From: the human T2T-CHM13v2.0 reference genome, Homo sapiens
Direction: 5' to 3' (one strand)
NCBI RefSeq assembly: GCF_009914755.1
Contig: NC_060930.1
DNA: 64,000 nucleotides
The notes beneath the pieces are model-generated. The model was not told where the DNA came from and made no database searches. It saw only the letters and a list, made by a program, of their open reading frames with translations. How positions within the stretch are numbered: the first letter of the stretch is position 1; every line of letters starts with the position of its first letter. This document shows positions 13,706-26,834 of the stretch, piece by piece. A program made the position numbers and the translations under genes.

Positions 13706-14224
13706 AAATAAGCATAGAGAACTTGTAAACTGTGTGGTAAACATGGCAGAGTCACAAAAGGCAAGGAAAGAACACCATTGGGAGAGGAGCTAGCTGCCTG
13801 TTAGGTACAGCTGTTTTGAATATTCCATTATTAAGAAATAAACATTTATTATGTTTAAAGCAGTATACATCTGGGAATTTGGGTCTGTTTATTACAACAG
13901 CTGTCATTATTCTGATTTGGTCATTAACATATTTTTATGCTCCAAACCATTTATAACTGCTTTAGTGGATGCTTATCACTAAGGGTATCTATCCACTCAC
14001 TTTTCATAGTACTCCACACAGTGCTCTTTGCTGGATCTGTTATTTGCTTAAGAGTGAAAATTGTGTGGAATAGTTTCAAATTTCTGTTTTTACCAAAGCT
14101 AAACAAAGTCTTCTTCACTTCAACTAAAAAGAATAGGCTTTGTGACAGAGTTACCAGGAGCTCCACTTGACATCAGACAAAATGAGCCTTGATCCCTCCA
14201 TTCATTCATGCATGCTTCATTCTA

Positions 14225-14620
<396 letters not shown>

Positions 14621-14699
14621 AATAAGACATGGTCCTTCCCTCAGAGAGCCTAAAACCTAGTATTTAAAGAGAACAATTATAATAAAGAGTTCTGGGGAG

Positions 14700-14930
14700 C
14701 CAGCACTATGAGTTGTCTAGTCAAAATGACTGAGTGTTATTTTTGGCTCCCTGATGTATTCACAGAGTGATTTTAGTAAAGTTATGTCTTTTCTGTGCCT
14801 TTTTGTTTAATACGTAAAAGGGAGATAATGTCCCTTTTAACATTTTGTGAGGACTGACTGAGATTTTGTAGAGTTCTTAGAATAGTTCTTAGTAACTTGC
14901 TACATATCAATAAATGTTAGCTTATTATTA
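14700..14930 (+). mobile_element. MIR
   Basis: tctgtgcctttt..gtaaaagggagataat..tcaataaatgttagc. Confidence 0.55.
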
Positions 14931-14974
14931 AATATTGGGACCAATATACATGCAGGACCAGATCTTATAGGGTA

Positions 14975-15135
14975 GTGCACATCAAACATTAGGGTTTATA
15001 TGAGTTACCTGGAAATCTTATCAAAGTTCAAATTTTTACTTAGTATCTCTGTAGTAGGACCCAAGATTCTACATTTCTAGCAAGGCCCAGGTGATGCTGA
15101 AGCTTCTGGTCTTGAGAGCACATTTTGTGTAGCAA
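14975..15135. mobile_element. MER5-like
   Basis: gacccaagattctacatttctagcaaggcccaggtgatgctgaagcttctggtc..cacattttgtgtagcaa. Confidence 0.65.
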
Positions 15136-15138
15136 AGA

Positions 15139-15341
15139 CAGTGCTGCCCAATAAAACTTTGTGTGACGGTAAAATGTTTATATCTGCTATTCTAATATGG
15201 CATCTTCTAACCACATGTGGTAACTGAAATGTGGCTAGTGCAACAGAGGTACTAATTTTTTTAAAAATGTATTTAATGTTAATAAACATAAATTTAATTG
15301 GACACATGAGGCTAGTAGCTACTTGTATTCAACCTCATGGT
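15139..15341. mobile_element. MER3 (hAT-Charlie)
   Basis: cagtgctgcccaataaaactttgtgtgacgg..aaatgtggctagtgcaac..cacatgaggctagtagctac. Confidence 0.8.
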
Positions 15342-15568
15342 TCTAGACCAGTAGCTTTTAAGACTGGTCACACGTTCAAGCAAGGATCAGTAACCCAGAA
15401 TAATACTGAATATTGGGTTACATCATCAACATAATGAAAATATCTCTAGAAGTTTGAAATTGGATTGAAGACTACGAGGATAACTATTGTTCTTTAGAGG
15501 TTCCATTTACACTAGTTTTGCTTTAATAGTGGACAAGGTTAAAACCAGCTATATTCAATGTCAAACTA

Positions 15569-15990
15569 TATCAGTTCAGCTCAAGGTAATTGAAAACCCA
15601 AACTGATGTGGCTTGAACACCACTCATCTCAAATAACAAGCATTTTAGAGGCTGACAAGTGATGATGCTTGGTCCAGCAGCTCAGCGGCCAGGTACTATG
15701 TTTTCTTCTCCAACATTCCTAGCCTGTTAGCTATTGTCTTCAACCTTCTAAGATTCAAGGCCCAAGAACACTGAATATGCTTGTGGTGTACGTATTCAAG
15801 AGAAGGTTGAGAGGGCCAATCAACCCGCATGTGTACTCTTTTATCGTACTACAAATATCTTATTATCTCAGAAAGTTGAAAAAAAAAATATTTAGCTGGG
15901 TACATCGCCATCCCAAACAAAACGAAAATTTTGGTGGCAAGTTAGAAGATAAAATAGATAATGGTTAGGTAGCCAAGAATGTCTGACACA
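15569..15990 (-). mobile_element. MLT1K/L-like LTR
   Basis: ttagctgggtacatcgccatcccaaacaaaa..ggtagccaagaatgtctgacaca. Confidence 0.55.
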
Positions 15991-16959
15991 CAAACCTAAT
16001 TATCATTCACATGTGAAGAAAAAGAAATACATTTTTCCAAATAAGCAAAACCTCAGTAAGATACATCAATCATTCATATTCAATATGAATTTAAAATATA
16101 AACTCATGAATAATAAAATTATGGCACAAAAGGATTGGCAGTGAGCACTGACTCCATTTGAATGATAGATATAAATAAATGAAATTATTATGTTATTACA
16201 TTGAATACAAATGCTAAATTTTGTTGTGAAAAGCCTCGTGATATCAAATGATAATCACTATTAATATAATGGGTATAAAATTACAACCAGTTAATATCAG
16301 AATATTGGTAGAGTGGTGGTAGGCAGGAGAAATGTAGCTTGCTATTATGTTATGGTGAGAAATGTAGTTTATGTATTTAAGTAATTATTTTAAAGGAATA
16401 AAAGTAAATACAAGTAGAATTTAAACAGATTATGTACCTTCGAGATTATTGCAGGGACAGAGGGGTCTAATTTCAGAGATCAAGAAAATGAATCCAATTT
16501 TTAAAAAATAAATTAAGCAAGACAAAAAGAAATTAAGGAAGCATTTAGCAGAATGTTTGAAATAGAATGATAATATGCCAAGTATATCTGTTACAGCAAT
16601 AAATATAAAAGGAAAATGACCACTGGAAAAAAACTCAGTTGAGTTTAAAAATGGAAACTCTATTGTATGTTATATGTAATAATCATATCACACACAGAAA
16701 ATTATTTAAATATGTAGACAATAAAAAATAAGCAGAGAAATGCCTAGCAAACCTATACACAAAATAAGAAATAATACCGGTAAAATAATTTATAATATAT
16801 AATAATATATAATATATACTATAATAAAATATTAACTAGGAGAAAGCTATTTTATAATTCTGAGATGACTTTGCAAACATTACAATAATACTGAAGATTT
16901 ATGTGTCCTTTAGCATCACACTGAAATATAGATGAAAAACTACTAGAAATACAAGGAAC

Positions 16960-17520
16960 TGTCCTTGCATCCCAGGAATAAACCCCACTTGATCATGGTG
17001 GATGATCCTCTTAATGCATTGAATTTAGTTTGCTAGTATTTTGTTGAGAATTTTTGCATCTATATTGAATAAGGATATGGGCCTGTAATTTTCTTTTCTT
17101 GTAATGTCCTTGCCTGACTTTGGTATGAGGGCAATGCTGGTCTCATAAAAAAAAAAAAAGTTTGAAAATATTCTCTCCTCTTTGATCTTTTATGAAAGTG
17201 ATTGAGGAAGATTGATATTAGTTATTCTTTATATGTTTGGTAGAAGTCAGCAATGAAGCCATCACATCCTAGGCTTTTCTTTAATGTGAGACATTTATTA
17301 ATATTACTAATTCAGTCTCCTTACTTGTCATTGGTCTGTTCAGATTTTCCTATGTCTTCATAATTCTGGGTAGGGCATATTTATCTAGGAATTTATCCTT
17401 TTCTTCTGGGTTATCCAATTTGTTGGCATATAATTGTACATAGCAGTCTCTTATGGTCCTTTGTATTTCTTGGTACAAGCTTTCTTTTTCATTTTTTATT
17501 TTATTTATTTGTCTTCCCTC
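16960..17520 (-). mobile_element. L1M ORF2 fragment (antisense)
   Basis: ccttgcatcccaggaataaaccccacttgatcatggtgga..tttgctagtattttgttgagaatttttgcatc. Confidence 0.85.
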
Positions 17521-17819
17521 TTGGCAACATTTTTAAAGGACCACAGTTCACATTTTCTGCTCTCCACTATCGCATCAAATGCTGAGCCCAGACAAATTCT
17601 GTTGAGACTATTTCCAACCTTTTAAGCATTTCAACTATCGTGTATGTTTCTAATGCTATTTACACTTTTACAATTTCAAGTAAAATAAGGAATATTTTCT
17701 TTTGTTTGTTGAGTACTAAATAACACTAAGAAAACATCTAATGAAGGGATGGAACAATCGTAGCAGGGCACTATTTATCTAAATACATAGTTGATTTGTA
17801 TGCAAACAGTTATTGCTGT

Positions 17820-18040
17820 GGTCAAATATGCCTGGGAAATACTGGCATGAACAGATTTCCTTACTGTAGAACCACTTAGAGATCTGAAATATTTTAACAG
17901 GTGTGGGGAATCCTCAACAGAGGGCTTTTATTGCTTGTCCTCATCACAAAACTTAAAAAATAATTTTTTAAAAAAGCAAGATCTTTTTTCCCCCTTAGAT
18001 TCTCTGTGGCCTGGCTTTTCACTGAATAAGTGTTGAAAAA
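17820..18040. mobile_element. MER103C-like
   Basis: ggtcaaatatgcctgggaaatactgg..tttccttactgtagaaccacttagag. Confidence 0.5.
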
Positions 18041-18561
18041 TTATATACCAGGAATAAAAAGCCTGGAATACCTGGTGAATTCGTGTCTCAGCTAATTTGG
18101 TGTAACTTTAAGAGGACACAAGCAGATAAACAAATAAAAAGAAATAATGTCTTTAGGCAAGAAAAATACTCTTCAGTTCTTTACAGCCTTGACTGCTCTT
18201 GTTTACATAATACTCAGCCTTTTCACAAATTTGTTACCTAATTTGCTCTGAAATATGTGAATTTATAATTCTGACTAAAAACAAACATCATGGTTGATTA
18301 AAATGAAATATGATGCATGCTATTATCAAATGAACTACATGAAAGAACAGCTCATTATGACCTAATGGGTTTCATTCCAAGAATGTATACTGTAGTTCAA
18401 AATTGGAAATTGTACTGATAAAATGCATTTGCACTGTCTTTATAAGGGAAGAAAATTATTTCAATAGCCCTCAAAAAACTTTTGATAAAGTTTAACACCT
18501 AAAAAAAAAACTAAATAAACCCATGATTAAAATAAAAATAAAAAGATGCATGCCATGGGTT

Positions 18562-20712
18562 GGGGGGGCCAGGGCCAAGACAGCTGACTAGAAGCAGCAC
18601 CGTTTCGAGGCTTCCACCGAAAAAAACCATAATAAGCATGTGAAGCCTTCACCGGCAGCCAGGGTATCCAGATTCTCTCATCAAAATTGACTAGAAGGCT
18701 GGTGTGACCCACAGAGAGAAGGAAGAACAATGTGGTGTGGCAACCCACCTGAGAGCGACACAGGGAAGGGGAACCCCTCCCGACAGCCAAGGGAGGCAGT
18801 GACTGAGCACACTACCCAGCCAGGGAAACCGTGCTTTTTCCACAGAACTGTGCAACCGATGGATCAGAAGATCCCACTCACAAACCCACACCAACAGGGC
18901 CTGGAATCCCAATCCCAGAATGTCCACATTCTTACTGACTCTCAGCTGGAATCTGCTTAAGCCTACCAAACTCCCCAGGGGGAGGGGTGACCAGCACCTG
19001 CTGCCCCTGTCTGCTGTCTAAGCCTTTTGAGCTCCTTGTGGGAGGGACAGCAGCCAGCACTGGGACTAGCAACTGCCTGACACACTAAGCTTCCTGGGCA
19101 GGGGAAGGTTGGCACCCATTTCTGTAACTCTAGGCTGCACTTTCCCAATGCTGGAGCCAGGGAGGCTGGACTGCTTGGTCCCAAGACTTTTCCCCACAGC
19201 TCAACGCACTGGCTGTGGCAGTCTGCAGCCAGAGTGCCTCTTCAGGTCTAACCCTGACCCATCCTTCCTCAGTGGGTGGGGCTTCCCTGAAGGATCTCCA
19301 ATAACTCCAACCAGAGGCTCAGAGAGAGAATTCAGATCTCCTTGGGCCTGAGCCCATTGGGGAGGGGTGGCCACAGTCTCTGCAGACCAGCAGACTTAGC
19401 CTCTCCTCCTGGTATTTCTGAGAAATCCAGGCAGCCCAGAGGAGTGGTTTTGCCCCAAGCAAAACACACTCTCTTCACCAAGGGACAAAGTGGTTCGTTA
19501 AATGGGTCCTGCTCTTCATGCCACCCAACTGAGTGAGACCCCCAACAGGGATAGTCAGACACTCTCTACAGGAGCAATCCTACTGGCATTAGGTTGGTGC
19601 CCCTTGAGGTCAGAGGTCTCAGAAGAAGTAGCAGGTACCCATCTTTGCTGTTCTCTAGCCTCCTTTAGTGACATCTCCAGGCACGGGAGCAAATCAGATG
19701 AATAAGACCTGAAGTGAACCCCCAGCAAACTGCAGCAGGCCTACAGAAGAGGGACCTAATGAAAGAAAAACAGACAAGCAGAAAGCATCAGCAACAGCAA
19801 AAACATCAACAACAACAAAAGCCCCCACAAAAACCCCATCCAAGGGTCAGCAGCTTCAAAGACCGAAACTAGACAAACTCATGAAGACAAGAAAGAATCA
19901 ATGAAAAAATGCTGAAAACCCAAAAGGCCAGAGTGCCTGTTCTCCTCCATATGATCACCATGTCTCATCATTGAGGGCACAGAATGGAACGGAGAATTAG
20001 ACGAGTTGACAGAAGCAGGCTTCAGGAGATGGGTAATAAAAAACTATGATGAGCTAAAGGAGCATGTACTAACTCAATGCAAAGAAGCTAAGAACATTGA
20101 TAAAAGGTTAGATGAATTGCTAACTAGAATAACCAGTTTAGAGAGGAATATAAACGATCTGACGGAGCTGAAAAACACAGCATGAGAACCTTGTGAAGCC
20201 AAATCGACAAAGTGGAAGAAAGGATATCAGAGTTTGAAAACCACCTTACTGAAATAAGACATGCAGACAAGAACAGAGAAAAAAAGAATGAAAAGGAATG
20301 AACAAAGCCTCCAAGAAATATGGGACTTAATAAAAAGACTGAACCTATGATTGATTGGAGTGCCAGAAGGAGACAGGGAGAATGAACAAGCTGGAAAACA
20401 CAGTTCAGGATATTATCCAGGAGAACTTTCCCAACCTAGCAAGGCAGGCCAACATGCAAATTCAGGAAATACAGAGAACACCATTAAGATACTCCACGAG
20501 GAGATCAACCCCAAGACACATAATCGTCAGATTCTCCAAGGTAGAAATGAAGGAAAACCTGTTAAGGGCAGCCAGAGAGAAAAGCCAGGTCACCTACAAA
20601 GGGAAGCCCATCAGGCTAACAGCAGACCTCTCACCAGAAGCTCTACAAGCTGGAAGAGATTGGGGACCAATATTCAACATTCTTAAATCAAATAATTTTC
20701 AACCCAGAATCT
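18562..20712 (+). mobile_element. L1P (older L1PA) 5'UTR plus disrupted ORF1, 3'-truncated
   Basis: G-rich start gggggccagggccaagacagctgactagaagcagc; ORF1p peptide QDIIQENFPNLARQANMQIQEIQRTPLRYSTRRSTPRHIIVRFSKVEMKE..YKGKPIRLTADLS; stops at FQPRI with no ORF2 or poly(A). Confidence 0.92.
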
Positions 20713-20729
20713 GAAGTTTGAAGACACTT

Positions 20730-21630
20730 TGAAAGACACTTTTAAGAAAGTGAAAGGCAAGCCACAAACTGGGTGAAAATATTGCCAAATATATATATAT
20801 CCAGCAAAAGACTTGCATTTAAAATATATAAATAATTCTTACAATCCAGTAAGAAAAACATATTAACTTTGAAAATGGACAGAAGATTTGATGGGCCTTT
20901 TGTAAAGTATAATTTTAAAATGACTAAGAAAACAAGAAAATGAGCTCAGTACACAGTAGTTTTTAAAATGCAAGTTAAAAGCGGAATTAGATACTGCTAT
21001 TCATCTACCAGAATGAGTAAAAGAACTAACGATATCAGATATTGGCAGGAATTTGAAGGAACTGGTATTCTTTTCTATTGCTGGTGGATTTATAAAATGA
21101 TACACCAACTTTGCCACACAGTTTGGCAGTGCTTTAGAAAGTCAAACATATAGGTACTATATGATCTTGCAATTCCACTCATGGCCATTTATCTAAAAGA
21201 AATGTTCACAAAAAGACTCATGCCTGGACGTTCATAGCAGCTTTATTTATAATAGTCAAATTCTGGGGAAAACCTAAATGTCTATCAACAAGAATATGCA
21301 AACTGTTATATATTCGTATGGAATTCCTCAGCAATATATAAAGGAACAAACCACTGATACATGCAAAAACATGGGTGAGTCTCAAAAATATCATGTTGAG
21401 AAAAAAGTCAGATGCAAAAGAGTACATTCTGTATAATTCCATTTATAAAAAGTTCTGGTTTGCATAAAACTAATATATAGTGGTAAAAATCAGATAATCA
21501 GTTCTTTGGGGATGGTGATTAGAGTGGATTAATTGGAAAGAGCTATGAGAGAACATTTTAGGGTGATGAAAGTATTCGAGATGAGAATTGGGTTAGTGAT
21601 TACACAGGTGTGTATACATTTGCCTTGGAA
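20730..21630 (+). mobile_element. L1ME-like ORF2 C-terminus/3'UTR
   Basis: gaaagtgaaaggcaagccacaaactgg; gcaattccactc; catgggtgagtctcaaaaa. Confidence 0.8.
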
Positions 21631-21639
21631 TTTCAGTTG

Positions 21640-21880
21640 GGAGTTAGATGGCAGAAAGGTGGGCCTGACACTGCTGGGAAGATCGTGACTAGAAATAGTG
21701 GGTTTGTGCAAATATAGGTTCCATTGATTTACAGGTAATAGTAGAAAGTGAAGGAATAAATATTGCTGAAGCAAAACATAAAGAATGAGAACAGGGCCAA
21801 AGACAGAAGGCCCAGGAGCACCTCCATGTGAGAAGAAGGGGAAAAAAAATAGAGCCAGCAAACAAGAAAGAACCAAAGGT
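21640..21880 (-). mobile_element. L2 fragment
   Basis: Purine-rich L2 antisense motif gagaacagggccaaagacagaaggcccaggagcacctcca. Confidence 0.5.
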
Positions 21881-23864
21881 CAAGGAATTCTACTTCCCAA
21901 AGCGAGTAATCTTTCTTATCCCCTAGGATGAATCATTGTTTGAAGAATTTAAATTAGAATGCCTTTACTAAGTAACTTAGTAATCAGAACCATATTTGGC
22001 ATGGAAAAAGAGCACAGGCCAGAACTCTGTTCTGCTTTTGTGATTCTGTATGAGCTATATCCAACATTTTTATCATAGTTAACAATCATCAGTAATTTGT
22101 TTCTGCTATTAGTAATTACAGCAGAAAAATCAGTGATGGAGATGTCACAGCTGGTGGGACAAGGGGATTCTTTTCCTGATGATTTTCTTCATCTGTCATG
22201 GAAAGAAGGATACAGAGTGATTCAGAAATAAATGGTGCTTTAAACATGATAAAGCTCTTTTTAAGTGTAGTAAAAAGTCATCTCACACAGGTGTCTCCAT
22301 GAAGTTCTAATGAGTTCCATGAGAACAAAGAGAGTGTGCTTCATTCATCTTTGCCATCCTCTTAATAACTAGTATTGAAAACCTACTATGGGCCAGTGTT
22401 CTGATAGGTATTCAGCTAAAAAGATGAATAAAATGGTACCAAGTCTTCCATTGCTCCAAGTGTGAAAATCCAAAAACCCATCCAAATATGCCAGGACAAT
22501 TTTTTACAATGGGAATAGTGCCAAAAATGTATAAAATATTGAGAAAATATTTCATTGTATATTCTTCTACACGACAATTTAGCCAGAAAGAAGACCCAAA
22601 ATGATAAAAACCATTCTCTTCCTTCCTCTTATAGCAAAGAGATATATAAAAGTATTAGATTTGGTGAGATTTTCTTCTTGTTTGTATAGGTTGGAGAGGA
22701 TTTCTAGAATTGTGGATGTCACATAAGATTTCATAAAGCAATTCTCAGTTATTCTATGCTTCAAAATAGAGCATGCAGTCATCACAAACTTAAGTAAATA
22801 CCAAATTGTTGTTTCAGGAAAGATTTATTACTCTAGTTCACTGTAGCTGTTATTGTGACTTGTGATGCATAGCAGAGAAGTCTGCAGCCCAGTCCCCAGC
22901 AGACCATAATTGTTGCCTGTGCACCCATATGGGACATTAACATTAAGAAATAGCTCTGTCCTTCATAACACCTGCTATCATCTAATGATGAACATGCCAC
23001 AGCAAAATTTTCCTTTACCAATACAACTTTATGAATTTTCATTGTTTTGAATTTTAATAAAAGATGCTTTTTTCACTGATTTTGAGCAAAATTTGTTCAA
23101 TACTTTGGAATCTCTTGAATTGATCTTACAAATGAATTGCAGCAAACAACATGCATGCTAATTGATAATGTTGAGAAAATGACAATCAAAATGATTAAGT
23201 GAATAAAATGAAATTGTTTCATGTTTTTGTGATTAACATTTGACATATGTCAGTTGAGATATCTGATATATGTCAACAAAACAATCATTAGACTCCTCTC
23301 AGCAAAGTAATGCCACAAAGTACATCATGCTATTATAATTCTGCCAATGTATTCAGTGTGATTTCTAAATATAGAACACTCTATAGGGCACTTGCTGTTC
23401 AAATCACTATGTAGCTTCCTTTGGTTCTGTATCCAGAGGTCAACACATGGTGGAACGAAGAAACCCAGTTTCTAATTCCAAGCTTCCATTTACTCCCTGG
23501 GAAAGTCTATTTAGAACACACAAGTAGACTTTTCCCAAACTATGGCCCTAGCACATGCCCCACCGATTTCATATTTATCCTTGGGAAAGCCACATTATCC
23601 GTCTTTGTGATATTGCCTGTGTTAGTAACTGGAGTTCATAACTATTGTCAGTGTATGTGTATTAGTAAAGTAATTTGTTTGTTGCTGTGCGCAGGCAAGT
23701 TCAGCTCTTTGGGATGAATATGCTGCAAAGCTGTGTTCTATGGACAAGTATTTCTATTAATATACATTTTTCCAGTAATCCAATATGAAAAAATTAACAC
23801 TATTTATTTGTATTCATGTTCCCAAACAGACTTGATTTTTGTAAGTGATATGGGGTTTAATCAC

Positions 23865-24080
23865 AATGTAGGAGAAAAACCATCAAGTCTAATGTCAGAA
23901 GTCTGAATTCAGCCTCAATTCCACCAATTAGTTCTGTGAACTTTCATGAACTGTTAAGCAGTTTGGGCCTCATTTTCTTTATATATAGTAACTAAGTAAT
24001 ACTCTTAACCTTCTTATTTCTTTATTACATATTGGATTTTTTAAATGTAATATGGTATACGAAATTTTAGGAATTATTAT
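23865..24080 (+). mobile_element. MIR
   Basis: gtcagaagtctgaattc..tagttctgtgaactt..tgggcctcattttctt. Confidence 0.55.
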
Positions 24081-24527
24081 TGCCATTGTTGCTTTCGTTG
24101 GTAATAGCAGTAGAAACTATTGATGGCAGAACACTGGTATTGAATGTTTTGTTTTGTCCAAATAAGACTATGCTGTTAAAAAATCTCAGCCTAGTTCTGT
24201 ATAGAATATAACACTGAGGTAAATTAGATTTTAATATCACTGTTTCACAATCTTTTTAGGTCTTACCTATAGAATTAACAGTCCAGCCTGCTTGAAATGA
24301 AGCTTTTCAGCCTGAGAGAAATGATTATTACTCAAACTAAGGATTTTTTTTTTATCAGGAGTGAGTGTTCTACATTAGTTGCTGGATCTTTTCTCACCTA
24401 GGCTGAGAGATTACTGGCAGTGGTGTGAAACAGGTGGAGGAAGTGAAATGAGGGAGTAAAGTGGGTGCTCTTGGCTGTGCTTTGAATCAAATGTTCCTTA
24501 AAGTCTTTTAAAAAGCATAGAGGAGCT

Positions 24528-25233
24528 GGTTTGCAGCTTGAGTTCTCTGCAGAACAAACTCTGAGTTGGAGTTTAACTAAAAGTTGTTTATCAAAGTATC
24601 CTTTGGATCAGTCTCTGTAGAACAGAGAGAGGAAAGCAGCATTGAACAGAGCAAGACATTGAGTTGTGATGCAGGCCTAATGAACTTAGGTTAAAAAAAA
24701 ACTTATGATAAACTTATTATAAAAGAACACAGATGAGTTTGGGAGCCAATCCTATCAAGGTTTTAATACTGACTGCTTTTGCAGTCTCCCCTCTTGTGGT
24801 GGATTGGGTACTGGTTAATGATGTGAATTCTGCACTAAAGCCACCTTTCTTTGTCCACCTTCTAGCTGTGTGATTTAGTGAAGGCTAGCTTGCTTCTCTG
24901 GACTTCAATTTTCTCATCTGTAGAATAAAAGTAACCACCTGCACACATAGAGTGTGCCTCAGAGACCCCACAGAGAAGCTCTGGATTTAGAATGACCCTT
25001 CAGAGTGACAAGGATGTGGGCAGAGATGGCCCAGCCTCTGCATGCAAGGAGTGATCTGTCATTTAGAAGTGGACTGCCCTGGGAAAGGGTCTGACTTTTA
25101 TTAAAGCAGTTGGCAGCATCCAACGCAATCGCTGGAGGGGCTGGCAGCTGAAGGCTCTCTACCAATGCACAACCATAGCAGGGGCAACAGGTGTCTTCCT
25201 GAGAGGTAGTCTAGGCACAGTGCATGGCCCACA
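24528..25233 (-). mobile_element. LTR16C-like ERVL LTR, split by a ~270-bp templated insert
   Basis: gagttctctgcagaacaaactctgagttggag..gagttgtgatgcag | ctcagagaccccacagagaagctctgga..gacccttcagag. Confidence 0.7.
24686..24952. repeat. Inverted duplicate of 25390-25640
   Basis: Reverse complement aligns at roughly 92% over ~235 bp. Confidence 0.95.
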
Positions 25234-25314
25234 ACAAGCCCCTCCGAGCTGAAAACTTTCATAGCTGGAGGGAAGGCAAAGGAGAAGTAAAGGAGTGGGG
25301 AAAAAAGAAAATGA

Positions 25315-25500
25315 ATGCTTATTTAATATTTGTTATGTTCCACACACTGGACTAGGCACTCTCTTGGTTATCCCATTTAATTCTTAAAACTCTCTCTGTG
25401 TGCAGGTGGTTACTTTTATTCTGCAGATGAGAAAATTGAAGTACAGAAAGCAAGTTAGTCTTCACTAAATCACACAGCTAGAAGGTGGCCAAAGAAAGGT
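25315..25500 (-). mobile_element. MIR (part of the donor of the inverted duplicate)
   Basis: ttctgcagatgagaaaattgaagtacagaaag..aaatcacacagctagaaggtggc. Confidence 0.75.
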
Positions 25501-26599
25501 GACTTTAGGGCAGAATTCACATCATTAACCAGTACCCAATCCTGCCACAATAGGGGAGACTGCAAAAGCAGTCAGTATTCAAGTCTGAACAGGATTGGCT
25601 CCCAAACTCATCTGTGTTCTTTTATCTTAATATAACCTAATGCCCTATCTGATCTATTTGACATGAAGATTATCATTGAATATTGAACAAATGTTTAATG
25701 GCCATCCAGCTCAACATGCATTCTAGAGTAGCTTTAGTGTTTTGTTTTGTTTTCTTATAGTAGTTGTTGTTTTTCTCTGTCTGTTTACAGTGCAGAGAAT
25801 TTCTAAAAATGTGAAAACACTTATCAGAGAAATGTTATATTGTGTTACAAATCAGGATAAATACCTTGGTTTTTTGAGTAATTCAAGCAAAATCTAATGG
25901 AAAAATGATGGAGAAGAGAGTTCATTCAAATACTCCCAGTCCAAAAGCCAATTAACATTGTTATCCTGATATTATTCACTGTTTAATACAGCAGAACAGT
26001 TTTATATTTCTGAGTGAAGTTATGTTTTGTGAAATGAAAAAGATTCTTATCAGTTAAATCAAATGAGTTCCAAATTGCAAGCTGCTGATATTATGGCTTT
26101 CATAATATGTCTTCAATAACACAAGGAAATAGGAGAGGCAAATATTTCCATGTGAAAATTGCAGTAATGTTCAGCAACTTGTAATAATTAACTCTCTCAA
26201 AATCTGGTGCTGTGCCAGATAAATTATTTCAAAACCACACTTTCTTTTTTCATTTATTTTATTTAAACTTATCATTTATCACGTTAATAAAGCATTTTCA
26301 CTGAGGCTGTTCTTTAAAACACTAAAACAAAGATTATTAACCCAAATTGTCCAAATGATAGATTTTAAAACATGTCCTGAAAGCAGACAAAAATAAATAA
26401 AAATAAAAGCACCTCTTCAAGATTTTAATAAGGAAAAAAAAGGAATGTTCTCAATATTTCTACAGCAATTCTACAAACTTAGAAATAGGACAAAACCAGC
26501 ACATTATCTAGGTAATAAAATGTAGCATCTTTACATTCATTGCATGAAATAGTGACATGCATTGATGTACAAAACACATGTGTTTCAAGGTAAGTCAAC

Positions 26600-26820
26600 T
26601 CTGATTAATGAAAATGTAACTGAACTTGAAATTCAAAGTTAAGGGCTCTATACCAAGCTATGCCACTTACTAGTTATATGACCTGACTGGATAAGGCATC
26701 TCTCTAAACTCTAGGTTTTTTATTTTTAAAATGAGAATATAAAATAACTAATTCTTGTGGTGTTGGTAGTATAAATTTAGGCAATATATGTAAAATACAC
26801 TTTATAAACATTCAACATTA
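26600..26820 (+). mobile_element. MIR
   Basis: ccaagctatgccacttactagttatatgacc..taaaatgagaata. Confidence 0.6.
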
Positions 26821-26834
26821 AATCCTAATGCCTG

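Noticed and set aside
18527-19184. Antisense ORFs in the L1 5'UTR as L1 ORF0
   Set aside because: This is an older 5'UTR type, and the peptides do not resemble ORF0 as I know it; open frames are expected in GC-richer DNA.
24783-24803. CTCF-like motif (CCACAAGAGGGGAG on the - strand) in the inverted insert
   Set aside because: It misses the conserved C of the GGC core and the donor copy matches worse; unsupported without ChIP data.
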